Below are positions 5,759 to 15,674 of a stretch of DNA of 32,000 bases, in pieces. A model generated the notes under the pieces. It was not told the origin of the DNA. It ran no database searches and worked only from the letters and a program-made list of their open reading frames with translations. The stretch is from the NCBI GenBank assembly GCA_963692945.1, contig OY843585.1, positions 870,001 to 902,000 on the forward strand, given 5' to 3'. The position numbers and the translations under genes were made by a program. The DNA is from Bdellovibrionales bacterium (lineage in GTDB: Bacteria; Bdellovibrionota; Bdellovibrionia; Bdellovibrionales; UBA1609). The stretch's first letter is position 1, and every line of letters begins with the position of its first letter.

Positions 5759-7505
5759 TCTAAAACAAGTTATAGATTTAGTCAGTAAAGATAAAGGTAT
5801 TGATAAAACAATAGTTACTAGAGCGATTGTCCTAGGTATTTTAGGAGCTATTCGTAAAAAATATGGAACTTACAGAGACATTGAAGCGAAGTACAATGTA
5901 GATGCTGGAGAAATAGAGTTGTTTGAATTTAAACAAGTTGTTCAGGATAAGGAAATAGAAGACGATCTTATAGAGATGAAATACAGTGAAGCCATTGAGT
6001 TGGATCCAGAGGTTCAAGTTGGAGAACAAATCGGAACTTCTTTGGATATACAAGATTTTGGTCGTATTCATGTTCAAACAGCCATGCAGACCATGTTTCA
6101 AAATCTTAAAAAGGCAGAGCATGATATTATTTTTAATGAATTTGAAAAAAGAAAAGGTGAAATTGCTAGTGGTGTAGTGAGACGAGTTGATCCTGGAATG
6201 ATTGTTGTAGATTTGGGGAAATCAGAAGCTTATATCCCTAGAAAAGAACAAATACCTGATGAACAGTATAAATCTGGTGATCGTATTCAAGGGTATCTAT
6301 CAGAAGTGAGACAAACGACGAAAGGACCTAGAATTATTATGTCTAGAGCTCATGAACAGTATCTTATAAAACTTTTTGAAGCTGAAGTTCCTGAAGTTTA
6401 TGAAGGAATTGTGAAAATTGTAGGAGCAGCTAGGGAACCAGGTCAAAGAGCCAAAATGGCTGTTTATAGTACAGACCTTGCCGTTCATCCTGTAGGAGCT
6501 TGTGTTGGAGTCAAAGGAAGCCGAGTGCAAAATATCACTCAAGAGTTAAAAGGTGAACGAATTGATGTGATTATTTGGGAAGAAGAACCTGTTCAGTATA
6601 TTTGTAATGCCTTAGCTCCTGCAAAAATTTTAAAAGTTCTTGTTGATGAAGATAATAAACAAATGCAAATCATTGTGCCAGATGACCAATTGTCTTTGGC
6701 GATTGGAAAGAAAGGGCAAAATGTTCGTTTGGCTGTTAAGTTAACGGGTTGGAATTTGAACTTGGTTTCTGAACAACAAAAAACAGAAGCCATTTTTAAT
6801 TTGTCACTTCTTCCAGATGTTACAGAAGAAGATGTTCAAAATATTTTTCAAAGTGGTTATCCTTCTGTGCAAAAAATTTCTGAAGTTTATTATTTAGATA
6901 TCCAAGCTATTCCAGGATTTGAATCTTCTGAAAAAGCAAAATCTCTTATTAAATCAGCTAAAGCTCTTGTCAATAAATACGCTGAAGAAGGAAAAGAGTT
7001 TCCAGAGAGCATGGAGAAGAAGAAATCAGACGGCAATAGGAATTTAAAAGAAAAAGCCGAAGAGATTTTAAAACGAGAGTTGGCTCAACTGGATAATGAT
7101 TCTATTTCTGAAAAGGAAAAGGATGTCAAAACTGAAATGAAAGCAGAAAGTTCTGAAGGGGAATCCAAAGAGGAAGAAGTGAAAGCAGAAAATTCTGAGG
7201 AGGAATCCAAAGAGGAAGAAGTGAAAGCAGAAAGTTCTGAAGGGGAATCCAAAGAGGAAGAAGTGAAAGCAGAAAACTCTGAGGGGGAATCCAAAGAGGA
7301 AGAAGTGAAAGCAGAAAGTTCTGAAGGGGAATCCAAAGAGGAAGAAGTGAAAGCAAAAAGTTCTGAAGGGGAATCCACAGAGGAAGAAGTGAAAGCAAAA
7401 AGTTCTGAAGGGGAATCCAAAGAGGAAGAAGCGAAAGCAGAAAATTCTGAGGGGGAATCCAAAGAGGAAGAAGTGAAGGCAGAAAATTCTGAGGAAACAA
7501 AATAG
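5736..7505 (+). CDS. nusA: Transcription termination/antitermination factor NusA with one AR-like HhH domain and an acidic tandem-repeat tail
   Basis: S1 domain: GEIASGVVRRVDPGMIVVDLGKSEAYIPRKEQ. KH domains: GACVGVKGSRVQNITQELKGERIDVI and LSLAIGKKGQNVRLAVKLTGWNLNL. It overlaps rimP by 23 nt. Confidence 0.95.
   Translation: MTLDQQSNLKQVIDLVSKDKGIDKTIVTRAIVLGILGAIRKKYGTYRDIEAKYNVDAGEIELFEFKQVVQDKEIEDDLIEMKYSEAIELDPEVQVGEQIGTSLDIQDFGRIHVQTAMQTMFQNLKKAEHDIIFNEFEKRKGEIASGVVRRVDPGMIVVDLGKSEAYIPRKEQIPDEQYKSGDRIQGYLSEVRQTTKGPRIIMSRAHEQYLIKLFEAEVPEVYEGIVKIVGAAREPGQRAKMAVYSTDLAVHPVGACVGVKGSRVQNITQELKGERIDVIIWEEEPVQYICNALAPAKILKVLVDEDNKQMQIIVPDDQLSLAIGKKGQNVRLAVKLTGWNLNLVSEQQKTEAIFNLSLLPDVTEEDVQNIFQSGYPSVQKISEVYYLDIQAIPGFESSEKAKSLIKSAKALVNKYAEEGKEFPESMEKKKSDGNRNLKEKAEEILKRELAQLDNDSISEKEKDVKTEMKAESSEGESKEEEVKAENSEEESKEEEVKAESSEGESKEEEVKAENSEGESKEEEVKAESSEGESKEEEVKAKSSEGESTEEEVKAKSSEGESKEEEAKAENSEGESKEEEVKAENSEETK
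7140..7496 (+). repeat. In-frame 42-bp tandem repeat, about 8.5 copies, encoding KAE(S/N)SEGESKEEEV
   Basis: Near-perfect units of aaagcagaaagttctgaaggggaatccaaagaggaagaagtg begin at codon-aligned position 7140. Only a few substitutions separate the units. Confidence 0.95.
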
Positions 7506-7529
7506 AGTATTGGAGAGCAAGAGTAATAT

Positions 7530-10034
7530 ATGTCAGATAAGATAAAAGTTTATGAATTGGCTAAAACTTTAGGAGTTAAGAGTGTATTTTTAATGGATAA
7601 AATCCGTAAAGAATGGAATCTTCCTGTCAAAAGCCATATGGAAGTTTTAAGCCCTGAATTGGTTAAAAAAATTGAAAAAAAATTCTCTTTGGAAAAAGAA
7701 TCCAAAGACACTAAAACCAAAAAGAAGAAAAAAATTGTTAGAAAAGTAGCATCTAAAGGAGCTGCAAAAAAAATAGTATCTAGAAAAGAAACATCATCTG
7801 TCAAGGCTCAACTTGCTACAGATGCTAAAGATAAAACAGCATCGGCTACAGAGAGTGTAAAAAAACCACAAGCTGCGAAAAGTCAAATTATAAGGCGACG
7901 AAAAGAAGATCAGAAGGAAATACAACCTATTGATTTAGAAAAAACACCTAGCGATCAAGATTTATTATCTAAACAAAACAGTATCATCTCTCAAAAATCT
8001 AGATCTCCTGCAAAAAATATTATATCCGATTTAGTTTCTGTTAAAAAAAGTGATTCTTTGAAAGATATTTTCTTAGATGTTCACAAAGAATCTGTGGAAG
8101 AAAAAGAAGATCATAAGAAGCAATCTAAAAAACCTTTAGTGGAAAAAGAAGTTGTTAGTAAATTTAATTCAACAGATTTTCGTAAAAGAGAAGTGATTTT
8201 TCAGCCAAAGAAAAAACGAATTCTTGCTACTGGAGATTTTAAATCTACTCAAATCACGACTCCAAAAGCTCATAAGAGAATTTTAAAAGTTCATGGAGAG
8301 ATGAAGATAGATACAATTTGTAAAAAAATTGGAGTTAAGAGATTCGTTCTTATGAAAAAAATCAAAGCGGAGGGAGTGGATACAAAAAATTTGGAAGTTT
8401 TAGATTTTGAGACTATTTCTTTAATCGTTTCGGAGTTTGGTTTTGAAACAAAAAACACTCAGAAAACAGAACAAGATTTATTAAAAGTATCTGATAAGTC
8501 TGTATCTGAAAATCAAGTGGATCAAAAGACTAAACCTCCTGTTGTAACAATTATGGGTCATGTGGATCATGGAAAAACCACTTTATTAGACGCCATTAGA
8601 AAAACAAAAGTTGTAGAGGGAGAAGCGGGGGGAATCACTCAGCATATAGGAGCCTACTCTGTTCCTTTTGGTAAAAATTTCATTACTTTTATAGATACAC
8701 CTGGTCATGAAGCTTTTACAGCGATGAGAGCAAGAGGTGCTAAAGTAACTGACATTGTTATTATTGTGGTTTCTGCTACAGACGGAGTGATGCTTCAAAC
8801 AATAGAAGCTATCAATCATGCTAAGGTAGCAAAAATTCCTATTATTGTAGGTATGACAAAAATGGATGCTTCAGGTGCAAATCCTGATAAAATCAAACAA
8901 CAAATGTCTGAACATGAAATTGTTTCTGAAGATTGGGGAGGAGACACTAGCTTTATATCTTTAGCAGCTCTTAAAGGAGAAGGTATAAAGGAACTTTTAG
9001 AGCAGATTGATTTAGTGGCAGAGATACAAGAACTTAAATGTCATCCAAAAAATTTAGCACAAGGAACTGTTTTAGAAGCAAGAGTAGAAAAGGGAAGAGG
9101 TTGTGTTGTTAGTTTTTTGATACAAGATGGGACTCTTCGTTTAGGAGATAGTGTTGTTGTTGGACAACATTCTGGAAAAATTCGTCAAATGAAAAACGAT
9201 CAAAATCAAATCATCAAAGAGGCTGGACCTGGCCTACCTGTAGAAATCATTGGATGTAGTGATTTACCTCAAGCTGGAGATGTCTTTAATGTTATAAAAG
9301 ATGAAAAAGCGGCTAAAGAATTGATGAGCTTACGAAAACAGCAGCAAGAAAGTGAGATAGTAACAGCTCCTCTATCTATAGAAGAGCTGCTAACAAAAAC
9401 TTATACAGATGATGCCAAAAAAGAATTGAATTTAATTTTAAAAACAGATGTAAGAGGAAGTTTAGAAGCTCTCAAGTCAGGATTAGATAAATTAGTAAGT
9501 GATAATGTTTCTGTTAAAATGGTTCACACCGCTGTAGGTTCCATTACAGAAAGCGATGTTTTATTAGCATCTACAGTTGGTGGTGTTATTTTGGGTTTTA
9601 ATGTCCGACCTGACAGCAAAGCTTCTAAAATGGCTAGAGATAAATCAGTTGATATGCACACTTATTCTGTTATTTATGAACTGTTAGACCAGGTTAAGAA
9701 AATGATGTTAGGTCTTCTTGAACCAGAATATGTAGAAGAAGATTTAGGAAAAGCAGAGGTTCGTAACATTTTTCATATTTCTAAATTAGGAACAGTGGCT
9801 GGATGTTATGTGACAAGTGGACAAATCACGCGTAATAGTTTTATTCGTCTTGTTCGTGATGGTTTATTAGTTCACGATGGTTCCATATTAAGTTTAAAAA
9901 GATTTAAAGATGATGCTAAAGAAGTTAGTTCTGGTTTAGAATGTGGTATAGTCATTGAGAATTTTAATGATGTTAAACCTAAAGATGTTTTAGAATCTTA
10001 TATAAAGAAAGAAATTTCTAGAACTGAAATTTAA
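7530..10034 (+). CDS. infB: Translation initiation factor IF-2
   Basis: G-domain motifs GHVDHGKTTLLD, DTPGHEAF and TKMD. The N-terminal region is lysine-rich. It has the conserved position after nusA. Confidence 0.97.
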   Translation: MSDKIKVYELAKTLGVKSVFLMDKIRKEWNLPVKSHMEVLSPELVKKIEKKFSLEKESKDTKTKKKKKIVRKVASKGAAKKIVSRKETSSVKAQLATDAKDKTASATESVKKPQAAKSQIIRRRKEDQKEIQPIDLEKTPSDQDLLSKQNSIISQKSRSPAKNIISDLVSVKKSDSLKDIFLDVHKESVEEKEDHKKQSKKPLVEKEVVSKFNSTDFRKREVIFQPKKKRILATGDFKSTQITTPKAHKRILKVHGEMKIDTICKKIGVKRFVLMKKIKAEGVDTKNLEVLDFETISLIVSEFGFETKNTQKTEQDLLKVSDKSVSENQVDQKTKPPVVTIMGHVDHGKTTLLDAIRKTKVVEGEAGGITQHIGAYSVPFGKNFITFIDTPGHEAFTAMRARGAKVTDIVIIVVSATDGVMLQTIEAINHAKVAKIPIIVGMTKMDASGANPDKIKQQMSEHEIVSEDWGGDTSFISLAALKGEGIKELLEQIDLVAEIQELKCHPKNLAQGTVLEARVEKGRGCVVSFLIQDGTLRLGDSVVVGQHSGKIRQMKNDQNQIIKEAGPGLPVEIIGCSDLPQAGDVFNVIKDEKAAKELMSLRKQQQESEIVTAPLSIEELLTKTYTDDAKKELNLILKTDVRGSLEALKSGLDKLVSDNVSVKMVHTAVGSITESDVLLASTVGGVILGFNVRPDSKASKMARDKSVDMHTYSVIYELLDQVKKMMLGLLEPEYVEEDLGKAEVRNIFHISKLGTVAGCYVTSGQITRNSFIRLVRDGLLVHDGSILSLKRFKDDAKEVSSGLECGIVIENFNDVKPKDVLESYIKKEISRTEI

Positions 10035-10059
10035 ATTCTTTTTCAACCAAGGGTGCAGA

Positions 10060-11019
10060 ATGAGAGATTTATTTCATGGAATATTGCTAGTCAATAAAGA
10101 AAAAAATTATACAAGCCATGATGTTGTTCAAAAAATACGGTATTTACTCAAACAAAAATCTGTTGGTCACGCTGGAACTTTAGATCCTATGGCTGAAGGT
10201 TTGTTGGTGATTCTATTAGGTTCAGCCACAAAATTAAGTTCTTACTTATTAAATGCAGATAAGAGTTATGAATTAATTATGAAATTTGGTTTAGTAACAA
10301 ATAGTTACGATACAGAAGGTGAAATCATTAAAGAAGAAAAGGTTTCTTTGCAAAAAGAGATTATTCAAAATACTTTAGAGCAGAATCTAGGGAAGTTAAG
10401 TTTAATGGTTCCTAGTTTTTCTGCAGTTAAGGTCAATGGTAAAAAACTTTATTCTTATGCAAGGGCTGGTCAATTTGTTGAAAGACCTGAAAAAACAATG
10501 TCTTTTTATGATCTTAAAATTCATAACATCACAGAAGATACAGCAAAGGTCTTTGTTTCTTGTAGTAAGGGGTCTTACATTCGGTCTTGGGTTCATCACA
10601 TAGGTGGGAAGTTAAAAGTTGGAGCTTGTTTGATGAATCTTAAAAGAGTTTCATCAGGTCATTTTTTAATTTCTAATGGTCTAACTCTTTTTGAACTGCA
10701 AAAGAAATTAGAAACCAATAAACCAGAGAGCAATAAAGATTTAAAAAATATTTTAAAAGATAGTTTTTTATTTCCCTCTGAATCTCTTCCTCAATTTCCT
10801 CTCTTTGAATTAACAAGGCGAGATATAAAAAGGTTATTGCAAGGTCAGATTCCTGAATACTTAATAAAGGAAAGCCAAAACGATCAGATCAAGGTGAATC
10901 AGCAGGGTTTGTCTCAAGTCTTGAAAGTAGTAGAAGGAGATTCTTTAGTGACTCTTTTAGAATTAAGACCTTTTAAAAAAATAAAAATTTTAAAAAACTT
11001 TCCGGTTGTTGACCATTGA
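10060..11019 (+). CDS. truB: tRNA pseudouridine(55) synthase TruB
   Basis: Catalytic motif GHAGTLDPMAEGLLVIL. It directly follows infB with a 25-nt gap, so no rbfA lies between them. Confidence 0.93.
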   Translation: MRDLFHGILLVNKEKNYTSHDVVQKIRYLLKQKSVGHAGTLDPMAEGLLVILLGSATKLSSYLLNADKSYELIMKFGLVTNSYDTEGEIIKEEKVSLQKEIIQNTLEQNLGKLSLMVPSFSAVKVNGKKLYSYARAGQFVERPEKTMSFYDLKIHNITEDTAKVFVSCSKGSYIRSWVHHIGGKLKVGACLMNLKRVSSGHFLISNGLTLFELQKKLETNKPESNKDLKNILKDSFLFPSESLPQFPLFELTRRDIKRLLQGQIPEYLIKESQNDQIKVNQQGLSQVLKVVEGDSLVTLLELRPFKKIKILKNFPVVDH

Positions 11020-11029
11020 CGGTAGAATT

Positions 11030-12400
11030 ATGAAATCCAATTTTTTTATGGAACCTTTTAAAATAAAAACAGTTGAGCCTATTTATTTGACAAATAGGGA
11101 GTATCGTAAAAAAGTTTTAAAAGAATCTTATCTTAACTTATTTTTTATAAAAGCTCAGGATGTAACCATTGATCTTTTGACAGATTCAGGAACAAGTGCA
11201 ATGAGTGCAAAACAATGGGGGGCTTTGTTAGAAGGAGATGAGTCTTATGCTGGAGCAAAAGACTTTTTTGAATTTGAAAAAACAGTCAAAGACCTGGTCG
11301 GCATGGAATATGTTATACCAACTCATCAAGGTCGTTCTGCTGAAAAAATTCTTTTAGAGTCTTTAAAATCTACAGGAGAATATATTGTATCAAATATGTT
11401 GTTTGATACAACAAGGGCTAATGCAGAAAATATAGGGTTTCAAGTTTTAGATTTGCCATGTAAAGAATTATACGAGACTTCTAAAAGTTATGACTTTAAA
11501 GGGAATATTGATGTTTCAAAATTAGAGAAAGCTTTAAAGGAGAAATCTGTTGCAGGAGTCATTTTAACAATCACTAATAACTCAGGAGGTGGTCAACCTG
11601 TTTCTCTACAAAATATTAAAGAAACTAAAAAGATATGTAAAAAATATTCTGTTCCTTTTATTTTAGATGCTTGTCGTTTTGCTGAGAACTCTTGGTTTAT
11701 TAAACTGAAAGAAATATCTTATAAGGACAAAACTCCTAAAGAAATAGCTAGGGAGACTTTTCAGGAAGCGGATATGTGTTTTGTGTCTGCAAAAAAAGAT
11801 GGATTAACTAATACGGGAGGCTTTATTTGTGTAAGAGATTCCAAAATCAATGAAGAATGTAAGAATCGCTTAATTTTATCAGAGGGGTTTCCAACTTACG
11901 GGGGCTTAGCAGGGCGAGATCTATCTGCAATTTCTATTGGTTTAAAGGAGGTTTTGGAAGAATCTTATCTTAATCATCGTATTTCTTCTGTGGCTTATAT
12001 TCATAAAAAACTTTCAGAGGGAGGGGTGCCTTTAGTGCATCCTTCTGGTGGTCATGCTATTTATATTGATGCTCAAGCCTTGTTACCTCATATCCCTGTG
12101 TCGGCCTATCCAGGACAATCTTTTGTTTCAGCTCTTTATGAATATGCAGGTATTCGTACTTGTGAGATAGGTTCTGTAATGCTTGGAAAAACTTTGGAAA
12201 ATGGAGAAAAAGTCTATGCTATTCAAGAGTTAGTGAGATTGGCAATACCTCGCAGGGTCTATACTCAATCTCATTATGATTACATTTGTGAGTCCATTCT
12301 TTCTTTTGTAAAAACGGAAGCCCCTAAGCTCAAGGGTGTAAAAATTGTTAAGGAGCAACCTTTCTTAAGACATTTCACAGCTCATTTTAAATGGGTTTAA
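11030..12400 (+). CDS. tnaA: Tryptophanase-type beta-eliminating lyase (PLP-dependent)
   Basis: From the ATG at 11030, MKSNFFMEPFKIKTVEP aligns with the TnaA N-terminus. Family motifs are DLLTDSGT, PTHQGR, the PLP lysine SAKKDGL, RFAENSWFIK, LLPHIP and LRHFTAHF. NMLFDTTR carries the Asp typical of tryptophanase; as I recall it, tyrosine phenol-lyase has Thr at that position. The track start at 11006 is a TTG overlapping truB. Confidence 0.85.
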   Translation: MKSNFFMEPFKIKTVEPIYLTNREYRKKVLKESYLNLFFIKAQDVTIDLLTDSGTSAMSAKQWGALLEGDESYAGAKDFFEFEKTVKDLVGMEYVIPTHQGRSAEKILLESLKSTGEYIVSNMLFDTTRANAENIGFQVLDLPCKELYETSKSYDFKGNIDVSKLEKALKEKSVAGVILTITNNSGGGQPVSLQNIKETKKICKKYSVPFILDACRFAENSWFIKLKEISYKDKTPKEIARETFQEADMCFVSAKKDGLTNTGGFICVRDSKINEECKNRLILSEGFPTYGGLAGRDLSAISIGLKEVLEESYLNHRISSVAYIHKKLSEGGVPLVHPSGGHAIYIDAQALLPHIPVSAYPGQSFVSALYEYAGIRTCEIGSVMLGKTLENGEKVYAIQELVRLAIPRRVYTQSHYDYICESILSFVKTEAPKLKGVKIVKEQPFLRHFTAHFKWV

Positions 12401-12510
12401 TTCTCTTCTATGAAAAATACTATGGACATTGTTGTTATTTTCGTTTAAGGTGTTTTTTTCAGTAAAAATCCTATTCCATTTAGGAAGGGTAAAACAGGAG
12501 AAGTAAAACA

Positions 12511-12780
12511 TTGTTCATGTCAAAAGAGAAAAAGAAAGAGATTGTAAAAAGATTCAAAAAAACATCTAATGATACAGGAAGTTCCCCAGTGCAAGTTGCT
12601 TTATTGACAGAAAAAATAAAAGAATTAACAGAGCATTTTAAAATTCATAAAAAAGATTTTCACTCTAAGAGAGGTTTAACTGCGATGGTCAATCGTCGTA
12701 AAAAAATCCTAAAATATATGCAAAGAAAAGAAGGTAATGATTATAAAAAAACTGTGAGTGATTTAAATTTAAGGAAATAA
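12511..12780 (+). CDS. rpsO: 30S ribosomal protein S15
   Basis: DTGSSPVQVALLTEKIKELTEHFKIHKKDFHSKRGL is classic S15. The TTG at 12511 lies 10 nt after aggag. The ATG at 12517 is an alternative start. Confidence 0.93.
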   Translation: MFMSKEKKKEIVKRFKKTSNDTGSSPVQVALLTEKIKELTEHFKIHKKDFHSKRGLTAMVNRRKKILKYMQRKEGNDYKKTVSDLNLRK

Positions 12781-12847
12781 AAGATTTAAATTTCTTTTTA
12801 TGTTTGTTCATCATTTTATTCATATCAAAAAGAAAGGTTGGTTTTAA

Positions 12848-14968
12848 ATGTTTAAAAAAGTATCTTCACAATGTGAAATTCAGGGTCAAACGATCACTGT
12901 TGAAACAGGTTATTTAGCTCGTCAATCGGATGCTTCTGTTTATGTAAGTTGTGGCAATAATCATGTTTTAGTTACAGCCGTTTCTTCTAAAAAAGAGTCA
13001 GATTTAGATTTTTTTCCTCTGACTGTTGAATATCAAGAAAAGTTCTACTCTGTGGGTCGGTTTCCAGGAGGTTTTTTCAAAAGAGAAGGTCGTCCTAGTA
13101 GTGAGGCCATTTTAAATGCTCGTTTAATTGATCGTCCTATTCGCCCTTGTTTTCCAGAAAACTACAAAAATGAAACTCAAGTGGCAGCAATGATTTTAAG
13201 TTCTGATGGAGCTTTTCCTGTTGAAGTTTTGGCAGGAATAGGAGTTTCTACAGCTTTTCATATCAGTGATATTCCTTTTGGAGGACCTGTAGGTTTTTTA
13301 AAAGTTATATTAAAAGATGGTGAATATATCCTTAATCCTAAAGAAAGAGAAGATAAAGAAGAGGCTGATCCTGATATGGAATTGATTGTGGCAGGAACGT
13401 CTAAAGGTCTTTTGATGGTTGAAGGTGAATCTCAATTTGTTTCTGAAAAACAAGCTTTGGAGGCTTTAAAATTTGCTCATAAATCTATGGCACCTCTTTT
13501 TGAAATGCAAGAAGACCTCAGGAAAAAAACAGGTAACAGAGCAAAAAGAGAAGTGGTTAAGCAAGAAGAAGATAAAGATTTTTCAAATAAAGTAGAAAAC
13601 TTTATAAAATCTGATATGGAAAAGGCTCTTCAAATGAAAGATAAAGTCCAAAGATATGAGGCTTTAGATGAATTAAAAACAAAAGTTTTAGAAGAGTTTG
13701 TAAAAGAAGATTCAGAAGAGAATTTAAAAAAAGAAATTTTGAAAGTTTATGAAGATGTGAAATACAAAATGGCTCGTCACATGATCACAGATAAATCTCT
13801 TCGTATTGATGGGCGAAAAACAGATGAGGTTCGTTCTATTTTTTGTGAAGTGGATGTTTTACCAAGAGCTCATGGTTCTGCTGTGTTTACAAGGGGTGAA
13901 ACTCAAGTGTTAGGAACAGTTACTTTGGGAACTGGAGAAGACGAAAAAATTGTTGATGATTTATGGAATTCTGGTCGGAAACAATTTTATCTTCATTATA
14001 ACTTTCCTCCTTTTTGTGTAGGAGAAGTGGGTCGTTTTGGAGGTCAAAGTCGGAGAGAAATAGGACATGGTTTTTTAGCTGAAAAAGCCTTAAAGTCTGT
14101 TATTCCTTCTCACGAAGATTTTCCTTACACTGTCCGAATTGTCGGTGAAGTTTTAGAATCTAATGGTTCAAGTTCTATGGGGACAGTTTGTTCAGGAATG
14201 ATGTCTCTCTTAGCAGCTGGTGTTCCTGTGGCTGATACAGTGGCTGGAATTGCTATGGGTTTAATTAAAGAAAAGGATAAAGTCGTAGTTCTTTCTGATA
14301 TTTTAGGAGATGAAGATCATTTAGGAGATATGGATTTTAAAGTGGCTGGATCTGAAAAAGGAATCACAGCTCTTCAAATGGATATTAAAATAGATAGTAT
14401 TGATTTTCAAACTATAGAAAAAGCCTTAAACCAAGCTTTATCTGGACGAATTCACATTTTAAAAGAAATGAAAAAAGTTATATCCAAACCTAAAGAGCTT
14501 TCAGATTATGCCCCTCGTATTCAAATGATGAAAGTGAAACTCACAAAAATTAGAGAAATCATAGGTTCTGGTGGTAAGACCATTAACGGAATTATGTCTG
14601 AGACAGGAGCAAAAATTAATATCAATGACGATGGAACCGTTTTTGTATCTTCTGTTTCTAAAGATGGTGTGGATCAAGCCATTAAAATTATAAATGGTAT
14701 TTGTGAAGAGGTGGAAGAGGGAAAAGTTTATGAGGGAACAGTGACGGGTATCAAAGAATTTGGTGCTTTTGTTGAGATTTTACCTAAAACTTCAGGTCTT
14801 CTTCATATTTCTCAAATTTCTAACAAAAGAGTAGAGCAAGTGACGGATGTTCTTAAAGAAGGTGATAAAGTTAAAGTTAAAGTTTTAAATGTGGAATCGA
14901 ATGGTAGAATACGGTTAAGTTCTAAAGTTTTAGAAAACTCTGGAATGTCAGCTGAAAATAGAAATTAG
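12848..14968 (+). CDS. pnp: Polyribonucleotide nucleotidyltransferase (PNPase)
   Basis: Two RNase PH domains (FKVAGSEKGITALQMDIK), then KH and S1 (GKVYEGTVTGIKEFGAFVEI). It follows rpsO, the conserved arrangement. Confidence 0.97.
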   Translation: MFKKVSSQCEIQGQTITVETGYLARQSDASVYVSCGNNHVLVTAVSSKKESDLDFFPLTVEYQEKFYSVGRFPGGFFKREGRPSSEAILNARLIDRPIRPCFPENYKNETQVAAMILSSDGAFPVEVLAGIGVSTAFHISDIPFGGPVGFLKVILKDGEYILNPKEREDKEEADPDMELIVAGTSKGLLMVEGESQFVSEKQALEALKFAHKSMAPLFEMQEDLRKKTGNRAKREVVKQEEDKDFSNKVENFIKSDMEKALQMKDKVQRYEALDELKTKVLEEFVKEDSEENLKKEILKVYEDVKYKMARHMITDKSLRIDGRKTDEVRSIFCEVDVLPRAHGSAVFTRGETQVLGTVTLGTGEDEKIVDDLWNSGRKQFYLHYNFPPFCVGEVGRFGGQSRREIGHGFLAEKALKSVIPSHEDFPYTVRIVGEVLESNGSSSMGTVCSGMMSLLAAGVPVADTVAGIAMGLIKEKDKVVVLSDILGDEDHLGDMDFKVAGSEKGITALQMDIKIDSIDFQTIEKALNQALSGRIHILKEMKKVISKPKELSDYAPRIQMMKVKLTKIREIIGSGGKTINGIMSETGAKININDDGTVFVSSVSKDGVDQAIKIINGICEEVEEGKVYEGTVTGIKEFGAFVEILPKTSGLLHISQISNKRVEQVTDVLKEGDKVKVKVLNVESNGRIRLSSKVLENSGMSAENRN

Positions 14969-15179
14969 ACAAATCGCATCATTAACCCATTCTATTTTAA
15001 AGAATTTAACTATCTTTTTTTCAAGTTTTTGGCTTATGAATCTTGCCCTTTTTTAATCCTTAAAATGGAATTATGATCTCATCTCTAAAATCACTTTATT
15101 TTTTAAAAATCTATTAGTTATTTATTCTTTACCTTGAAAAATCTATTTTTTTTATGAGATAAAAAGAGAGGAGGTAAAA

Positions 15180-15674
15180 ATGCAAACAGAAACATCTTTA
15201 GAGTTACAATCTTTAAGTGAAAAATCTATTCGCTCTATAAAAGTGAAGGTTAAAAAATTATCTCATTTTAAGGGGAAATTACCAGAGTATAAAAGTCAGT
15301 GGGCTAGTGGTTTTGATATTAGAGCTTGTTTAGAAAAACCAATGACATTGAAGCCAGGGGAGAGGGGATTGGTTCCTACAGGTTTAAGTTTTGAAATACC
15401 TTTAGGTTTTGAATTGCAATCTCGCCCTAGAAGTGGACTTGCTTTAAAAAAAGGGTTAACAGTTTTAAATTCTCCTGGAACCATTGATTCAGACTATCGT
15501 GGGGAAATAAAAGTCATACTTATCAATCATGGGCTAGAGGATTTTATTATCAAGGATCAAGAAAGAATTTCACAGCTTGTGCTTTGCCCCGTTTATCAAT
15601 CTGTTTTTGAGGAAAGTGAGACTTTGAGTGAAACTCAAAGAGGAGGTGGAGGATTCGGAAGTACTGGCGTTTAG
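15180..15674 (+). CDS. dut: dUTP diphosphatase
   Basis: Motifs SGFDIRA, RPRSGLA, GTIDSDYRGE and RGGGGFGSTG. A strong RBS gaggagg lies upstream. Confidence 0.93.
   Translation: MQTETSLELQSLSEKSIRSIKVKVKKLSHFKGKLPEYKSQWASGFDIRACLEKPMTLKPGERGLVPTGLSFEIPLGFELQSRPRSGLALKKGLTVLNSPGTIDSDYRGEIKVILINHGLEDFIIKDQERISQLVLCPVYQSVFEESETLSETQRGGGGFGSTGV

Noticed and set aside
7068-7520. Three overlapping minus-strand ORFs (124-150 aa) and the possibility that the 42-bp repeats form a CRISPR array
   Set aside because: The repeats are contiguous, with no spacers, and are in frame with nusA. The antisense frames stay open only because a stop-free unit is reiterated. This is neither a CRISPR array nor separate genes.
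5387-10599. Assorted short antisense or out-of-frame ORFs inside rimP, nusA, infB and truB (for example 5387-5632, 5841-6122, 6300-6542, 7550-7804, 8586-8819, 10402-10599)
   Set aside because: All are embedded in well-supported conserved genes. They are of a size expected by chance in AT-rich DNA and lack motifs.
14969-15179. The 211-bp pnp-dut intergenic region as a site for a terminator or RNA gene
   Set aside because: Only weak AT-rich pairings were found by eye (for example caag...cttg near 15025-15050). Nothing meets the standard of a GC-containing stem plus a U-tract, and no RNA-gene signature is present.
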